Below, one piece after another: positions 52,545 to 64,000 of a stretch of DNA of 64,000 nucleotides. The stretch comes from Eledone cirrhosa (lineage: Eukaryota). The stretch spans positions 6,076,001-6,140,000 of the forward strand of contig OZ024760.1 of the NCBI GenBank assembly GCA_964016885.1. Direction: 5' to 3'. Under the pieces are notes generated by a model. The model searched no databases. It was not told the origin of the DNA and saw nothing but the letters and a program-made list of their open reading frames with translations. Position 1 is the first letter of the stretch, and the number at the start of each line of letters is the position of its first letter. A program made the position numbers and the translations under genes.

Positions 52545-52887
52545 CATCATCATCATCATCATTTCATTTTACATCCGCTTTTTCCCTGCTTGCAAGGGTG
52601 GGACGGGAACTGATTCTGGCTTGATTTCTACAGCTGGATGCCCTTCCTAACACCAACCTCATTTACAGTGAGTGCTGGGTGCTTTTTTGCCGTGGCACCT
52701 CCACGACCACTTTGCAGTGGAATGATAGAAACCCCAGTCCCTATCATCTCATTTCTACAGCTGAGTAAACTGGAGCAATGTCAAATAAAGTGTCTTGCTC
52801 AAGGAAACAACACATCACCCGGTCTGAGAATTGAACTCACAACCTTTCGATTGCAAGGCCAATGCTCTAACCACTAAGCCATGTGCC
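52545..52887 (-). mobile_element. Full-length tRNA-derived SINE (3574 family, one 48-bp module)
   Basis: Reverse complement of 53610-53940. Confidence 0.9.
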
Positions 52888-52898
52888 TATATATATAT

Positions 52899-53200
52899 AA
52901 TCGAAAGGTTGTGAGTTCAATTCTCAGACCGGGTGATGTGTTGTTTCCTTGAGCAAGACACTTTATTTCACATTGCTCCAGTTTACTCAGCTGTAGAAAT
53001 GAGATGATAGGGACTGGGGTCCCTATCTTTCCACTGCAAAGTGGTCGTGGAGGTGCCACAGCAAAAAAGCACCCAGCACTCACTGTAAATGAGGTTGGTG
53101 TTAGGAAGGGCATCCAGCTGTAGAAATCAAGCCAGAATCAGTTCCCGTCCCACCCTTGCAAGCAGGGAAAAGCGGACGTAAATGAAATGATGATGAATGA
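52899..53200 (+). mobile_element. SINE (3574 family), A box missing, head-to-head with the previous copy
   Basis: Near-exact reverse complement of 52557-52852. Confidence 0.9.
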
Positions 53201-53201
53201 T

Positions 53202-53599
53202 GAAACTATATTTATAAAACCATATTTATTTTATTATACATATTTCAAGGGCAACCAAGGCAAATTATGATGCGCTTTCATCAGATAAAATACAGATTTG
53301 TTTTATAAATAAATATTGACAAACCCGGAAAAAAAGACAACCTTAACTATCCAGGAAGCTCCAACTGTTAAGGTTGTCTTTTTTTCCAGGGATGTCAATA
53401 TTTATTTATAAAACAAATCTGTATTTTATCTGATGAAAGTGCACCATAATTTGCCTTGGTTGCCCTTGAAATATGTATAAAAAAAAATATGGTTTTATAA
53501 ATATAGTTTCCATTAATATATTGTATATTTACTCCACTAAATTGTTGAGTGCTTTATATCAGTTATAAAATGTTTTAAATTAAATATAACCTCTGCATA
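53202..53599. mobile_element. Foldback hammerhead-bearing element, family A, copy 3 (left arm shortened at the SINE tail)
   Basis: Inverted arms with hammerhead cores at 53227-53292 (-) and 53422-53487 (+; CTGATGA 53430-53436, GAAA 53468-53471). Confidence 0.85.
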
Positions 53600-53609
53600 T
53601 ATATATATA

Positions 53610-53940
53610 GGCACATGGCTTAGTGGTTAGCGCATTGGCTTTACAATCGAAAGGTTGTGAGTTCAATTCTCAAACCGGGTGATGTGTTGTTTCCTTGAGC
53701 AAGACACTTTATTTCACATTGCTCCAGTTTACTCAGCTGTAGAAATGAGATGATAGGGACTGGGGTCCATATTCCACTACAAAGTGGTCGTGGAGGGGCC
53801 ACGGCAAAAAAGCACCCAGCACTCACTGTAAATGAGGTTGGTGTTAGGAAGGGCATCCAGCTGTAGAAATCAAGCCAGAATCAGTTCCCGTCCCACCCTT
53901 GCAGGCAGGAAAAAGCGGATGTAAAATGATGATGATGATA
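53610..53940 (+). mobile_element. Full-length tRNA-derived SINE (3574 family)
   Basis: A and B boxes, core, RTE-type tail and (ATG)n. Confidence 0.9.
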
Positions 53941-54000
53941 TATATATACATATATATATATACATATATATATATTTGACATGTATGTATATATACATAT

Positions 54001-54423
54001 ATCATCATCATCATCATCATCAACGTTTAACGTTCGTGTTCCACGCTTGCATGGGTTTGGACGGGGGTAGTCCCACTTGAGGCAAGAGTGATTGTCTTGC
54101 TCGCATAGGACTGTCTGGCAGGTTTTCTACAGTTGGATGCCCTTCCTAACACCAACCACATTTACAGTGTGGGTCTGGGAGGTTTTTACCGTGTTGCCTA
54201 CACGGCCACATTTACAGCGTGGACTGTGTGTTTTTTTGTCGTGACACCTACACGACCTCATTTGTTTCGGCCTGGATGGCGTGGCACCAACATAACTTTA
54301 CATAGAACGGGGTAGTGGTGGTGGGACGGGGTGTATTTTGTTAGAGATGCCTACTGGCTGGAGTAGGTTTTACTATATATTTAGGTAAGGCGGGTCTTCT
54401 CTGTTACTGAGTACCGCCAAAGG
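54001..54423 (-). mobile_element. RTE family B 3' end (UTR plus last codons WRYSVTEKTRLT*)
   Basis: Homologous to 38923-39360, with TA-rich flanks. Confidence 0.88.
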
Positions 54424-55278
54424 TATATATATATATATACATACATGTCAATGGCGGTGCCCCAGCATGGTCTCAGCTTATCAGCTGGAACATGTAATAG
54501 AGTAAATAGAGTAATGTTAAGAGAAGCATTAGCAACAACAAATACAACAGCAACAACAACAACAAAGATAAAAGAATATAAAATAATTGATTGCTTAATC
54601 ATCATTTATCAAGTATTTGTTGAGAGACTTGAAATATTTCTAGATTTCTATAATATATATAATGTGTGTGTATATATATATATATAATGTGTGTATATAT
54701 ATAATGTGTGTATATATATATAATGTGTTTGTATATATATATATTTATATTTATATACATATAGGGTCAAGTATGAAATTTGTAGTGAGGCATATGGTTA
54801 TATGTTTTTTCTACAAATTTCATACTTGACGACCCATATATATATATATTCACACACACACACACACACATACGCACACGCAAGCACACGCTCACACACA
54901 CATATATATATGATGAACAAAATAACATATATTGTGTGTCTGTGTCTGTGTGTGGGTATTGTGCATGTGTATGTGTGTACATTTGTGTTTGTGTGTGTGT
55001 GTGTGTGTGGGTATTGTGCATGTGTATGTGTGTACATTTGTGTTTGCGTAAATATATATATATATATGTATATGTGTTGTGTGTGTTGTGTATCTGTATG
55101 TGTGTATTTGCGGGTGTCTCTGTGTTTGTGTGTATGTATGTATGTGTATGTGTGTGTGTATATATATATATATATATGTATGTATATGTGTTGTGTGTGT
55201 TGTGTATCTGTATGTGTGTATTTGTGGGTGTCTCTGTGTTTGTGTGTATGTATGTGTGTGTGTGTATATATGGATATA

Positions 55279-55337
<59 letters not shown>

Positions 55338-55687
55338 TATTGATCATAGATTGAGAAAAAATCACAAAGGCAGAGATGTTGATATTCAATATTTCATTTA
55401 TTCACACACATACCCCCCCCCCCCCCCCCACACACACACACATACACAAAATAAAATGAAATAAACTCCAAATATGAAGCTGCTTAGATTTTACATATCA
55501 TTTCATTGAAATATTGTTATATAGACAACTGCCACTGAAAATAGATTTTTATTTCATTTTATTTAAAATCATTTAAAAAGAAAACAACAAAAACCCCCCT
55601 CCCCCCGCCCCTTTCTGTATTAAAAACGCCAAACAAAATCCAACCGTTATATTATGTAAAAATATTCTGCTATTCCCTGCATTTATA

Positions 55688-56447
55688 TGAGGAGGCTTCA
55701 AAAAGTTTGTGGAAAAAGTACTTATCTAAGAATCATATGGAGGGATTTTGATGTCAATGCACCTGTACGTTCTCCTACTAACATGTCATAAATGTTGTAA
55801 CACGAACCCTTAAATGTATGTTACAACATGGCGCTGCCAGTCAGAAGTCAGCACCCGCTCGAGCAACATGGCCTCTCTCAAAACATTAAATCCATGGTGA
55901 AGCTAGGGCAGAAGAAGGGCAGCCAAATCATTGGAACTCTGGAGCAAGTTTATGGGGATAATGTCCCAAAGAAATCAACAACCTACAAATGGATAAGTTG
56001 TTTTAGAAGTGGAAGAGATGAGGTTGAAGATGATCCCCAGTTGAAGATGTAAAGAAAAGCTGCTTTGACATGGTTTAAATCACATGGCCTTCAGTTTTAC
56101 ACAGATGAACTTAACCCTTTAGTATTTAAACAGGCCATATCCGGCCCAAATTCTCTCACCTTCTTTCTGTTCAAACTGGCTGTAACCGGCCACTCATACA
56201 TATGTTAAGGTATTGTTCTCAAAATAAGTAATATCAAAATCTCATAGATTCAATATATGTGAGATAATTGTGGAGTAAGGCCTTTACCACGAAAATATAA
56301 TAGTAAATATAGAGTGATGTAAATGCTAAAGGGTTAAAGGCTAGTATCAATGCTACTAGAAGTATATTGACCTGGATGGAGCATATGTTGAAAAATAAAC
56401 ATGTTTTTTCCGACTGTCCTTTTTCCATGAACTTTGAAGCCCCCTTG
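55688..56447 (+). mobile_element. Internally deleted mariner (Hsmar2/irritans-like) DNA transposon
   Basis: TA-tgaggaggcttcaaaaagtttgtggaaaa ... ttttccatgaactttgaagcccccttg-TA. N-terminal HTH remnant NIKSMVKLGQKKGSQIIGTLEQVYGDNVPKKSTTYKWISCFRSGRDEVEDDP and C-terminal remnant KAALTWFKSH...IDLDGAYVEK*. Confidence 0.85.
56111..56337 (+). mobile_element. piggyBac-type MITE nested in the mariner
   Basis: TTAA-ccctttagtattta ... taaatgctaaaggg-TTAA. Confidence 0.88.
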
Positions 56448-57027
56448 TATATGTGATAGATGTTTTATCAACCTTATTTATTATTGCTACTTGAACAAGA
56501 GGATGTTATATGGAAAGGTGTATGGCCTAGTGGTAAGGCTGTTGGACTTAGGATCATAATGTTGTGAGTTTGATTCCTAGACTGGGTTGTGTGTTGTGTC
56601 CTTGAGCCAAAAAACACTTCATTTCATGTTGCTCCAGTACACTCAGCTGAAAAAAAAAATAGATAAAAAGCTTGAAGTGATAGAAAAAAAAAGTATTGTC
56701 ACTTTTAAACTCAGGGGCCCCAAAGTACTCAAGAAGCGGTCTCAAATTTTGGTCAGCAGAAATAAAAGCAAAATTTTGTTGATCATCATCATCACCACCA
56801 CCACCACCACCACCACCACCACCATCATCATCATCGTTTTACGTCCATTTTTCCACACTAGCATGGGTTAGACGAGTTGTCCTGTTGTGGGCAATGCTAG
56901 GTCAGGTGAGCATGTCTTGCTCATACAGAATTGATCTTGGCTTGATTTCTATAGTGAGTGCTGGGTGCTTTTTGTCGTGTCGCCTACACGACCACTTTAC
57001 AGTGTGGACTGGGTGCTTTTTGCTGTG

Positions 57028-57100
57028 TAATAATAATAATAGTAGTAGTAGTAGTAGTATTAGTAGTAGTAACAGTATTATTATTAGTAGTAGTAGTAAC

Positions 57101-57134
<34 letters not shown>

Positions 57135-58465
57135 ATAGTATTTTTAGTAGTAGTACTAGACGTAGTAGCAGTAGGTGTAGAAGTAGTAGTAGTAGTAGTA
57201 GTAGTAACAGTATTATTAGTAGCAGTAACAGTAGTAGTAGTAATAGTATTTTAGTAGTAGTACTAGTCGCAGTAGTAGTAGTAGTAGTAGTAGTAACAGT
57301 ATTATTATTATTATTATTATTATTAGTAGTAGTAGTAGTAGTAGTAGTTACAACTGCTTGTGTGTTGATTATTTTCTCATTTAGAACCATCCATCTTTTC
57401 CAATAGATTCCTCTCACCATTCAAATGTCCATTGATCAGAAATCAACATATGTATTGGATAGTTTATTTATAGCAGCATACAGCTACAGTAATGAGAAGA
57501 ATAAGTGATAGCACTGTTTGTTAGGAAGTAGTGGTGGTGGTGGTGGTGGTGGTATGGTGGGTGTGGCAGTGGTGGTGGTGGTGGTGGTATGGTGGGTGTG
57601 GCAGTGGTGGTGGTTGTAGCAGTGGTGGTGGTTGTAGTTGTTGTTGGTTGTTGTTGTTTGTGGTGGCAGTGGTGGTGGTGATGGTTGTTGTGGTAGCGGT
57701 GGTGGTGATGGTTGTTGTGGGTGTGGTTGTAGTTGTTGTTGTTGGTGGTGGTTGTTGTTGTTTGTGGTGGCAGTGGTGGTGGTGATGGTTGCTGTGGTAG
57801 CGGTGGTGGTGATGGTTGTTGTGGGTGTGGTTGTAGTTGTTGTTGTTGGTGGTTGTTGTTGTTTGTGGTGGCAGTGGTGGTGGTGATGGTTGTTGTGGTA
57901 GCGGTGGTGGTGATGGTTGTTGTGGGTGTGGTTGTAGTTGTTGTTGTTGGTGGTTGTTGTTGTTTGTGGTGGCAGTGGTGGTGGTGATGGTTGTTGTGGT
58001 AGCGGTGGTGGTGATGGTTGTTGTGGTTGTAGTTGTTGTTGGTGGTGGTTGTTGTTGTTTGTGGTGGCAGTGGTGGTGGTGATGGTTGTTGTGGTAGCGG
58101 TGGTGGTGATGGTTGTTGTGGGTGTGGTTGTAGTTGTTGTTGTTGGTGGTTGTTGTTGTTTGTGGTGGCAGTGGTGGTGGTGATGGTTGTTGTGGTAGCG
58201 GTGGTGGTGATGGTTGTTGTGGTTGTAGTTGTTGTTGGTGGTGGTGGCCATGGTAGTATGGTGGGTGTGGCAATGGTGGTGGTTGTAGCAGTTGTTGTTT
58301 GTGGTGGAAGTGGTGGTGGTGGTGGTGGTGGTGGTGGTGATTGTTGTGGTAGTTGTTGGTGGTGGTGGTGATAGTTGTTGTGGTAGTGGTGGTGGTGATA
58401 GTTGTTGTGGTAGTAGTGGTGGTGGTAGTTGTTGTGGCAGTGGTGGTGGTGATGGTTGTTGTGGC
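57028..58465. repeat. (AGT/ATT)n tract and a (GGT/GTT)n tract with ~95-104-bp higher-order period
   Basis: tttgtggtggcagtggtggtggtgatggttgttgtggtagcgg recurs about 6 times between 57657 and 58200. Confidence 0.9.
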
Positions 58466-58725
58466 ATTGATGAATAGATTGCAGATGGATATGTAATTTC
58501 TTTGCTTGTGTGTGTATGTCTGTGTGTGTATGTCTGTGTGTGTATGTCTGTGTGTGTATGTCTCTGTGTGTATGTCTCTGTGTGTATGTCTGTGTGTGTA
58601 TGTCTCTGTGTGTATGTCTGTGTGTGTATGTCTGTGTGTGTTCTATCATGCGTTAAACTAATATATATCATTATTGTATTCTATTGTTTTCCTTGTTGAC
58701 TTTTCTCATATATATGTGTGTGTTT

Positions 58726-58755
<30 letters not shown>

Positions 58756-58756
<1 letters not shown>

Positions 58757-59203
58757 CATCATCATCATCATCATCAACGTTTAACGTCCGTGTTCCACGC
58801 TCGCATGGGTTTGGACGGGGGTTTTCCCACTTGAGGCAAGAGTGATTGTCTTGCTCGCATAGGACTGTCTGGCGGGTTTTCTACAGCTGGATGCCCTTCC
58901 TAACACCAACCACATTTACAGTGTGGGGCTGGGAGGTTTTTACCGTGTTGTCTACACGGCCACATTACAGCGTGAACTGTGTTTTTTTGACGTGACACCT
59001 ACACGATCTCATTTGTTTCGGCCTGGATTTTGTGGCACCAACATAACTTTACATTGAAAGGGGCGGTGTGGATGGGGGGGGGGGGGGGGGGGGTGTATTT
59101 TGTTAGAGATGCCTACTGACTGTAGTAGGCTTTACTTTGTATTTAGGTAAGGCGGGTCTTCTCTATTACTGAGTACCGCCAAAGGTCTCGGTCCAGTGAC
59201 ATT

Positions 59204-59205
<2 letters not shown>
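58756..59205 (-). mobile_element. RTE family B 3' end in (TA)n
   Basis: Homologous to 38923-39383. Confidence 0.88.
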
Positions 59206-59258
<53 letters not shown>

Positions 59259-59261
59259 TTT

Positions 59262-59665
59262 CTGTTGATGTGGTCCTTGTTAAATTGAGAGTTTGGTTGA
59301 TTGGTCCTTATTAAATTAAGGTTTTGGTTATGTGGTCCTTATTAAATTAAGGTTTTGGTTATGTGGTCCTTATTAAATTAAGGTTTTGGTTATGTGGTCC
59401 TTATTAAATTAAGGTTTTGGTTATGTGGTCCTTATTAAATCAAGGTTTCGGTTATGTGGTCCTTATTAAATCAAGGTTTTGGTTATGTGGTCCTTATTAA
59501 ATCAAGGTTTTGGTTATGTGGTCCTTATTAAATCAAGGTTTTGGTTATGTGGTCCTTATTAAATCAAGGTTTTGGTTATGTGGTCCTTATTAAATCAAGG
59601 TTTTCGTTGATTTGGTCCTTGTTAAATCGAAGGTTTGGTTGATGTGGTCTTTGTTAAATCGAGAT
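59262..59665. repeat. 31-bp minisatellite, ~13 copies
   Basis: Unit tggtccttattaaatcaaggttttggttatg, with diverged end units. Confidence 0.93.
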
Positions 59666-60469
59666 TTGGCGCATCCTTCTGTAGAAAACTTGCCAAAGAA
59701 AATTGACTCTTCAGCTGTGTCAAAGACATGACAACCTTCCCAATCCTGGTGCCATGAGAAAAGGCACCCATTGCACTCTGTAGAGTGTGGGAATATATGT
59801 ACCTGAGATGCAGGCTTCCTACCTGTTTGAGAGGTCAGTATCTCCACTGGAGAACTCACTTGGTCAGTGACAACCTGTCCAACCATTGCTAGCAGGGAAA
59901 ACTGAGGGAATGCTTTTGCAGTCTTGTCTGTGGGGTGCAGCCCCTTTACTGCAACACCCTAGGTCCATTCCGCCACCTGATTCTTCTGTGACACTAGAGT
60001 CCTTGCCATTCCCTCACTTTCTGGGGTTTTTTTTTCCCCTTTTTTCTTAAATTTACCTATTTTACATTCCATTCTTCTCAATCTAAATTTACCTTTTCCT
60101 CTGTTTCTATTAAACTGTATTTACATTATATATTCCATTAATAAAATTATTCATTTTTCAATGGTTAATATAATGTTAAAAAGGTTAAAATGTCTATCCA
60201 AAGGCCATAGGTTCATCACCCTGAGCTGATTGATATTGGTTTCATTGGCATTGACTGAGGGTCAAGACTTCCCCCTGGACAGGATCCTAGTCCATTGCTG
60301 TGGTAACTCACAGATGTTCCTAGTACTCATTTTCAGCTGAGTTCACTGGAATGTGTGTGTGAGTGTGTGAGTGTGTGTGAGTGAGTGAGTGTGCTAACCT
60401 CTTCTTTCTCTGTGTATTGTATGTGTGTTAGTGAACAAATGTGTGTGTTAGCATGTGAAAATGTTTGTG

Positions 60470-60795
60470 TGTGTGTGCAAATATGTGTGTATGTGTGTTT
60501 GTGTTGTTAGGGTATGTGTGTGTGTGTGTGCAAATACGTGTGTATGTGTGCTTGGTTTTAGAGTGTGTGTGTGTGTGCAAATATGTGTGTATGTGTGCTT
60601 GGTTTTAGAGTGTGTGTGTGTGCAAATACGTGTGTATGTGTGCTTGGTTTTAGAGTGTGTGTGTGTGTGCAAATATGTGTGTATGTGTGCTTGGTTTTAG
60701 AGTGTGTGTGTGTGTGCAAATGTGTGTATGTGTGCTTGGTTTTAGAGTGTGTGTGTGTGTGCAAATGTGTGTGTATGTGTGCTTGGTTTTAGAGA
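60470..60795. repeat. ~40-44-bp TG-derived minisatellite (gtgcaaatatgtgtgtatgtgtgcttggttttaga(gt)n)
   Basis: About 7 copies. Confidence 0.85.
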
Positions 60796-61516
60796 GTGTG
60801 TGCGTGTGTGCGAGTGTGTGTGCATATATTTTAGTGTGTGTGTGTCAGTGTATGTGCGTGTGTGGTACATGTGTTTTATTCATTAACAACATAACTATTT
60901 GTCTGCTGTTATTGTTGATGTTGATGTTGTTATAGTTGTTGTTGTTGTTGTTATAGTTGCTGTTGTTGTTGTTATAGTTGAATTAAAAACCTCTTGTGTA
61001 GTTCAAACTGCTTGTATTCCATTATTTTCAGTATATTTTTATCTTCACCACCACCACCACCACCACCTCCACCAACATTAATCATCATCACCACAATCAC
61101 CACAACTATCGAAATGGCCACAAACTACCACCAATCATCATCATCGAAGCCATCATCACCACCACCCTAACCACTACTACCATCGCCACCACCACCCTAA
61201 TCACCCCACCACCCACCACCCACTATCGCCACCACTACCACTACTACCACCACCCTAATCATCCCACCACCACCCTAACCACCACTACCACCACCCTAAT
61301 CACCCCACCACCACAGCCAATATCTCCACCACCACAACCAATATTACCACCACCACCACCACCACCACCACCACCACCACCAAGACCACTACCACCACCA
61401 CCACTACTAAGTGTTATGTTATTAGTTTGTACTGATTCACAATCTATATATAGTTTAGTTGAGTTATAGCTAATATATAAAACATACTGGAACACCCCCC
61501 CCCCCCACCATTACTG

Positions 61517-61571
<55 letters not shown>

Positions 61572-61700
61572 AGTTACTATTACTACTATCACCACATCTA
61601 CTACTACTACTACTACTATTACCACCATAACTACTACTGAAAACAACAACCACTACAACAACGAAACACATTTAAATAGTTTCATGCTTGAGAGAGAGAA

Positions 61701-61768
<68 letters not shown>

Positions 61769-62364
61769 GTGAGATAGAATGAGAAAGAGAAAGGAAAGAG
61801 AGAAAAAGAAATGGAGGGGGAAAGACAAAGAGAAAGAGGAGTGTGAGATAGACAGAAAGCGGGATAGCAGTAGGAGAGAGAGAGGTGGGAAAGACAGAGA
61901 GAGAGAGAGAGAGAGAGAGGTGGGAAAGACAGAGAAGGGGAGACAGAGAGAGAGAGAGGGGAAAAGACAGAGAGAGAGAAAAAAACTGAAGAATGTTTTT
62001 CTATTGTTAGAAAAATAATATTTAGTCTTAATAATGGCTGGTTTTTAATATTTTTCCTTTGCTCCAATAAATCTTTCTTTCTTTATTCCCTTGACATAAT
62101 AATAATATTACTATTAATAATAATATATTAATCCTTTTGTTAACATATTTCTAATGAAAGACCCTGACTATAATTTTCAAATAATTTGGAAAATAATCAG
62201 GAATATTGAGGGATTTAGAGATTTCATAATATAACCATCTTTTTCATTATTAAGTTGCTGTTTGTGCCATAACAAAGGTTCTTACACAAAATTATTATAT
62301 TAAAATTAATATAAACACTTTAACCAATCATTTTGGAAATAATGAAGAATATGGAGCGGAGCAC

Positions 62365-62564
62365 TAAAAGTTGATGGAAGCCTTGGAGTGGGGAGACACA
62401 AGAAAACCTGGGATGAGGTGATAAAAGCTGACCTTGCTCAATCGCACCTCTCAAATGCAATGACACAGGAACAAGACCTCTGGCGTTACGCAGTAATACA
62501 GAAGAACCGACTTCCCATGGGTATAAGGCGCAGCTGAAGCATATAGACAGTATACCCCCCACCC
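62365..62564 (+). pseudogene. RTE LINE 3' coding end (family C)
   Basis: VDGSLGVGRHKKTWDEVIKADLAQSHLSNAMTQEQDLWRYAVIQKNRLPMGIRRS*. Confidence 0.8.
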
Positions 62565-64000
62565 CCACCCACTGTAAAGTGGTTGTGTAGGTGTCACGAC
62601 AAAAAGCACCCAGTCCACACCGTAAAGTGGTTGGGTAGGTGTCACAGTAAAAAGCACCCAGTCCACACTGTAAAGTGGTTGGATAGGTGTCACAGTAAAA
62701 AGCACCCAGTCCACACTGCAAAGTGATTGAGTAGGTGTCACAGTAAAAAGTACCCAGTCCACACTGTAAAATGGTTGGGTAGGTGTCACAGTAAAAAGTA
62801 CCCAGTCCACACTGTAAAATGGTTGGGTAGGTGTCACAACAAAAAGCACCCAGTCCACACTGTAAAGTGGTTGAGTAGGTGTCACAGTAAAAAGCACCCA
62901 GGCCACACTGCAAAGTGATTGAGTAGGTGTCACAGTAAAAAGTACCCAGTCCACACTGTAAAATGGTTGGGTAGGTGTCACAGCAAAAAGTACCCAGTCC
63001 ACACTGTAAAGTGGTTGAGTAGGTGTCACAGTAAAAAGCACCCAGTCCACACTGTAAAGTGGTTGAGTAGGTGTCACGACAAAAAGCACCCAGTCCACAC
63101 TGTAAAGTGGTTGGGTAGGTGTCACAGTAAAAAGCACCCAGTCCACACTGCAAAGTGATTGAGTAGGTGTCACAGTAAAAAGTACCCAGTCCACACTGTA
63201 AAATGGTTGGGTAGGTGTCACAGCAAAAAGTACCCAGTCCACACTGTAAAGTGGTTGAGTAGGTGTCACAGTAAAAAGCACCCAGTCCACACTGTAAAAT
63301 GGTTGGGTAGGTGTCACAGTAAAAAGCACCCAGTCCACACTGTAAAATGGTTGGGTAGGTGTCACGACAAAAAGCACCCAGTCCACACTGTAAAGTGGTT
63401 GAGTAGGTGTCACAGTAAAAAGCACCCAGTCCACACTGCAAAGTGATTGAGTAGGTGTCACAGTAAAAAGTACCCAGTCCACACTGTAAAATGGTTGGGT
63501 AGGTGTCACAGCAAAAAGTACCCAGTCCACACTGTAAAGTGGTTGAGTAGGTGTCACAGTAAAAAGCACCCAGTCCACACTGTAAAATGGTTGGGTAGGT
63601 GTCACAGTAAAAAGCACCCAGTCCACACTGTAAAATGGTTGGGTAGGTGTCACGACAAAAAGCACCCAGTCCACACTGTAAAATGGTTGTGTAGGTGTCA
63701 CAGTAAAAAGCACCCAGTCCACGCTGTAAAATGGTTGGGTAGGTGTCACAACAAAAAGCACCCAGGCCACACTGTAAAATGGTTGGGTAGGTGTCACAGT
63801 AAAAAGCACCCAGTCCACACTGTAAAATGGTTGGATAGGTGTCACAGCAAAAAGTACCCAGTCCACACTGTAAAGTGGTTGGGTAGGTGTCACAGTAAAA
63901 AGTACCCAGTCCACACTGTAAAGTGGTTGGATAGGTGTCACAGTAAAAAGCACCCAGTCCACACTGCAAAGTGATTGAGTAGGTGTCACAGTAAAAAGTA
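62565..64000 (+). repeat. 48-bp satellite, >=30 copies, running off the window, starting inside a LINE 3' UTR
   Basis: Unit cacccagtccacactgtaaagtggttgggtaggtgtcacagtaaaaag. Confidence 0.95.

Overview
AT-rich, repeat-dominated eukaryotic genomic DNA. The SINE and LINE families resemble those I recall from octopod cephalopods (inference, no search run). I can identify no cellular protein-coding gene with confidence, and almost all long ORFs in the track are translated microsatellites. Real coding remnants are: two long 5'-truncated RTE-clade LINE reverse transcriptases (38923-41291 minus; 50516-52005 plus), each with a C4HC3 PHD-type finger inside the RT; several shorter RTE, Expander-like and Tx1-like 3' ends; and an internally deleted Hsmar2-like mariner. 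The window also holds many tRNA-derived SINEs (CORE-like and Meta-like), piggyBac-type TTAA MITEs, and minisatellites with 11, 31, 43, 48, 77, ~120 and 123 bp units. The most notable signal is absent from the ORF track: four distinct families of type I hammerhead-ribozyme motifs (CUGANGA...GAAA...UH), ten motifs in total, lie in short non-coding elements that mostly abut (TA)n. One family forms ~400-bp foldback palindromes with a hammerhead on each strand. These are probably Penelope-like pLTR or retrozyme derivatives. The window also shows a 48-bp module of LINE 3' UTRs and SINE bodies at 1, 2, ~17 and >=30 copies, which looks like satellite birth in stages. Many boundaries are read by eye and are approximate.
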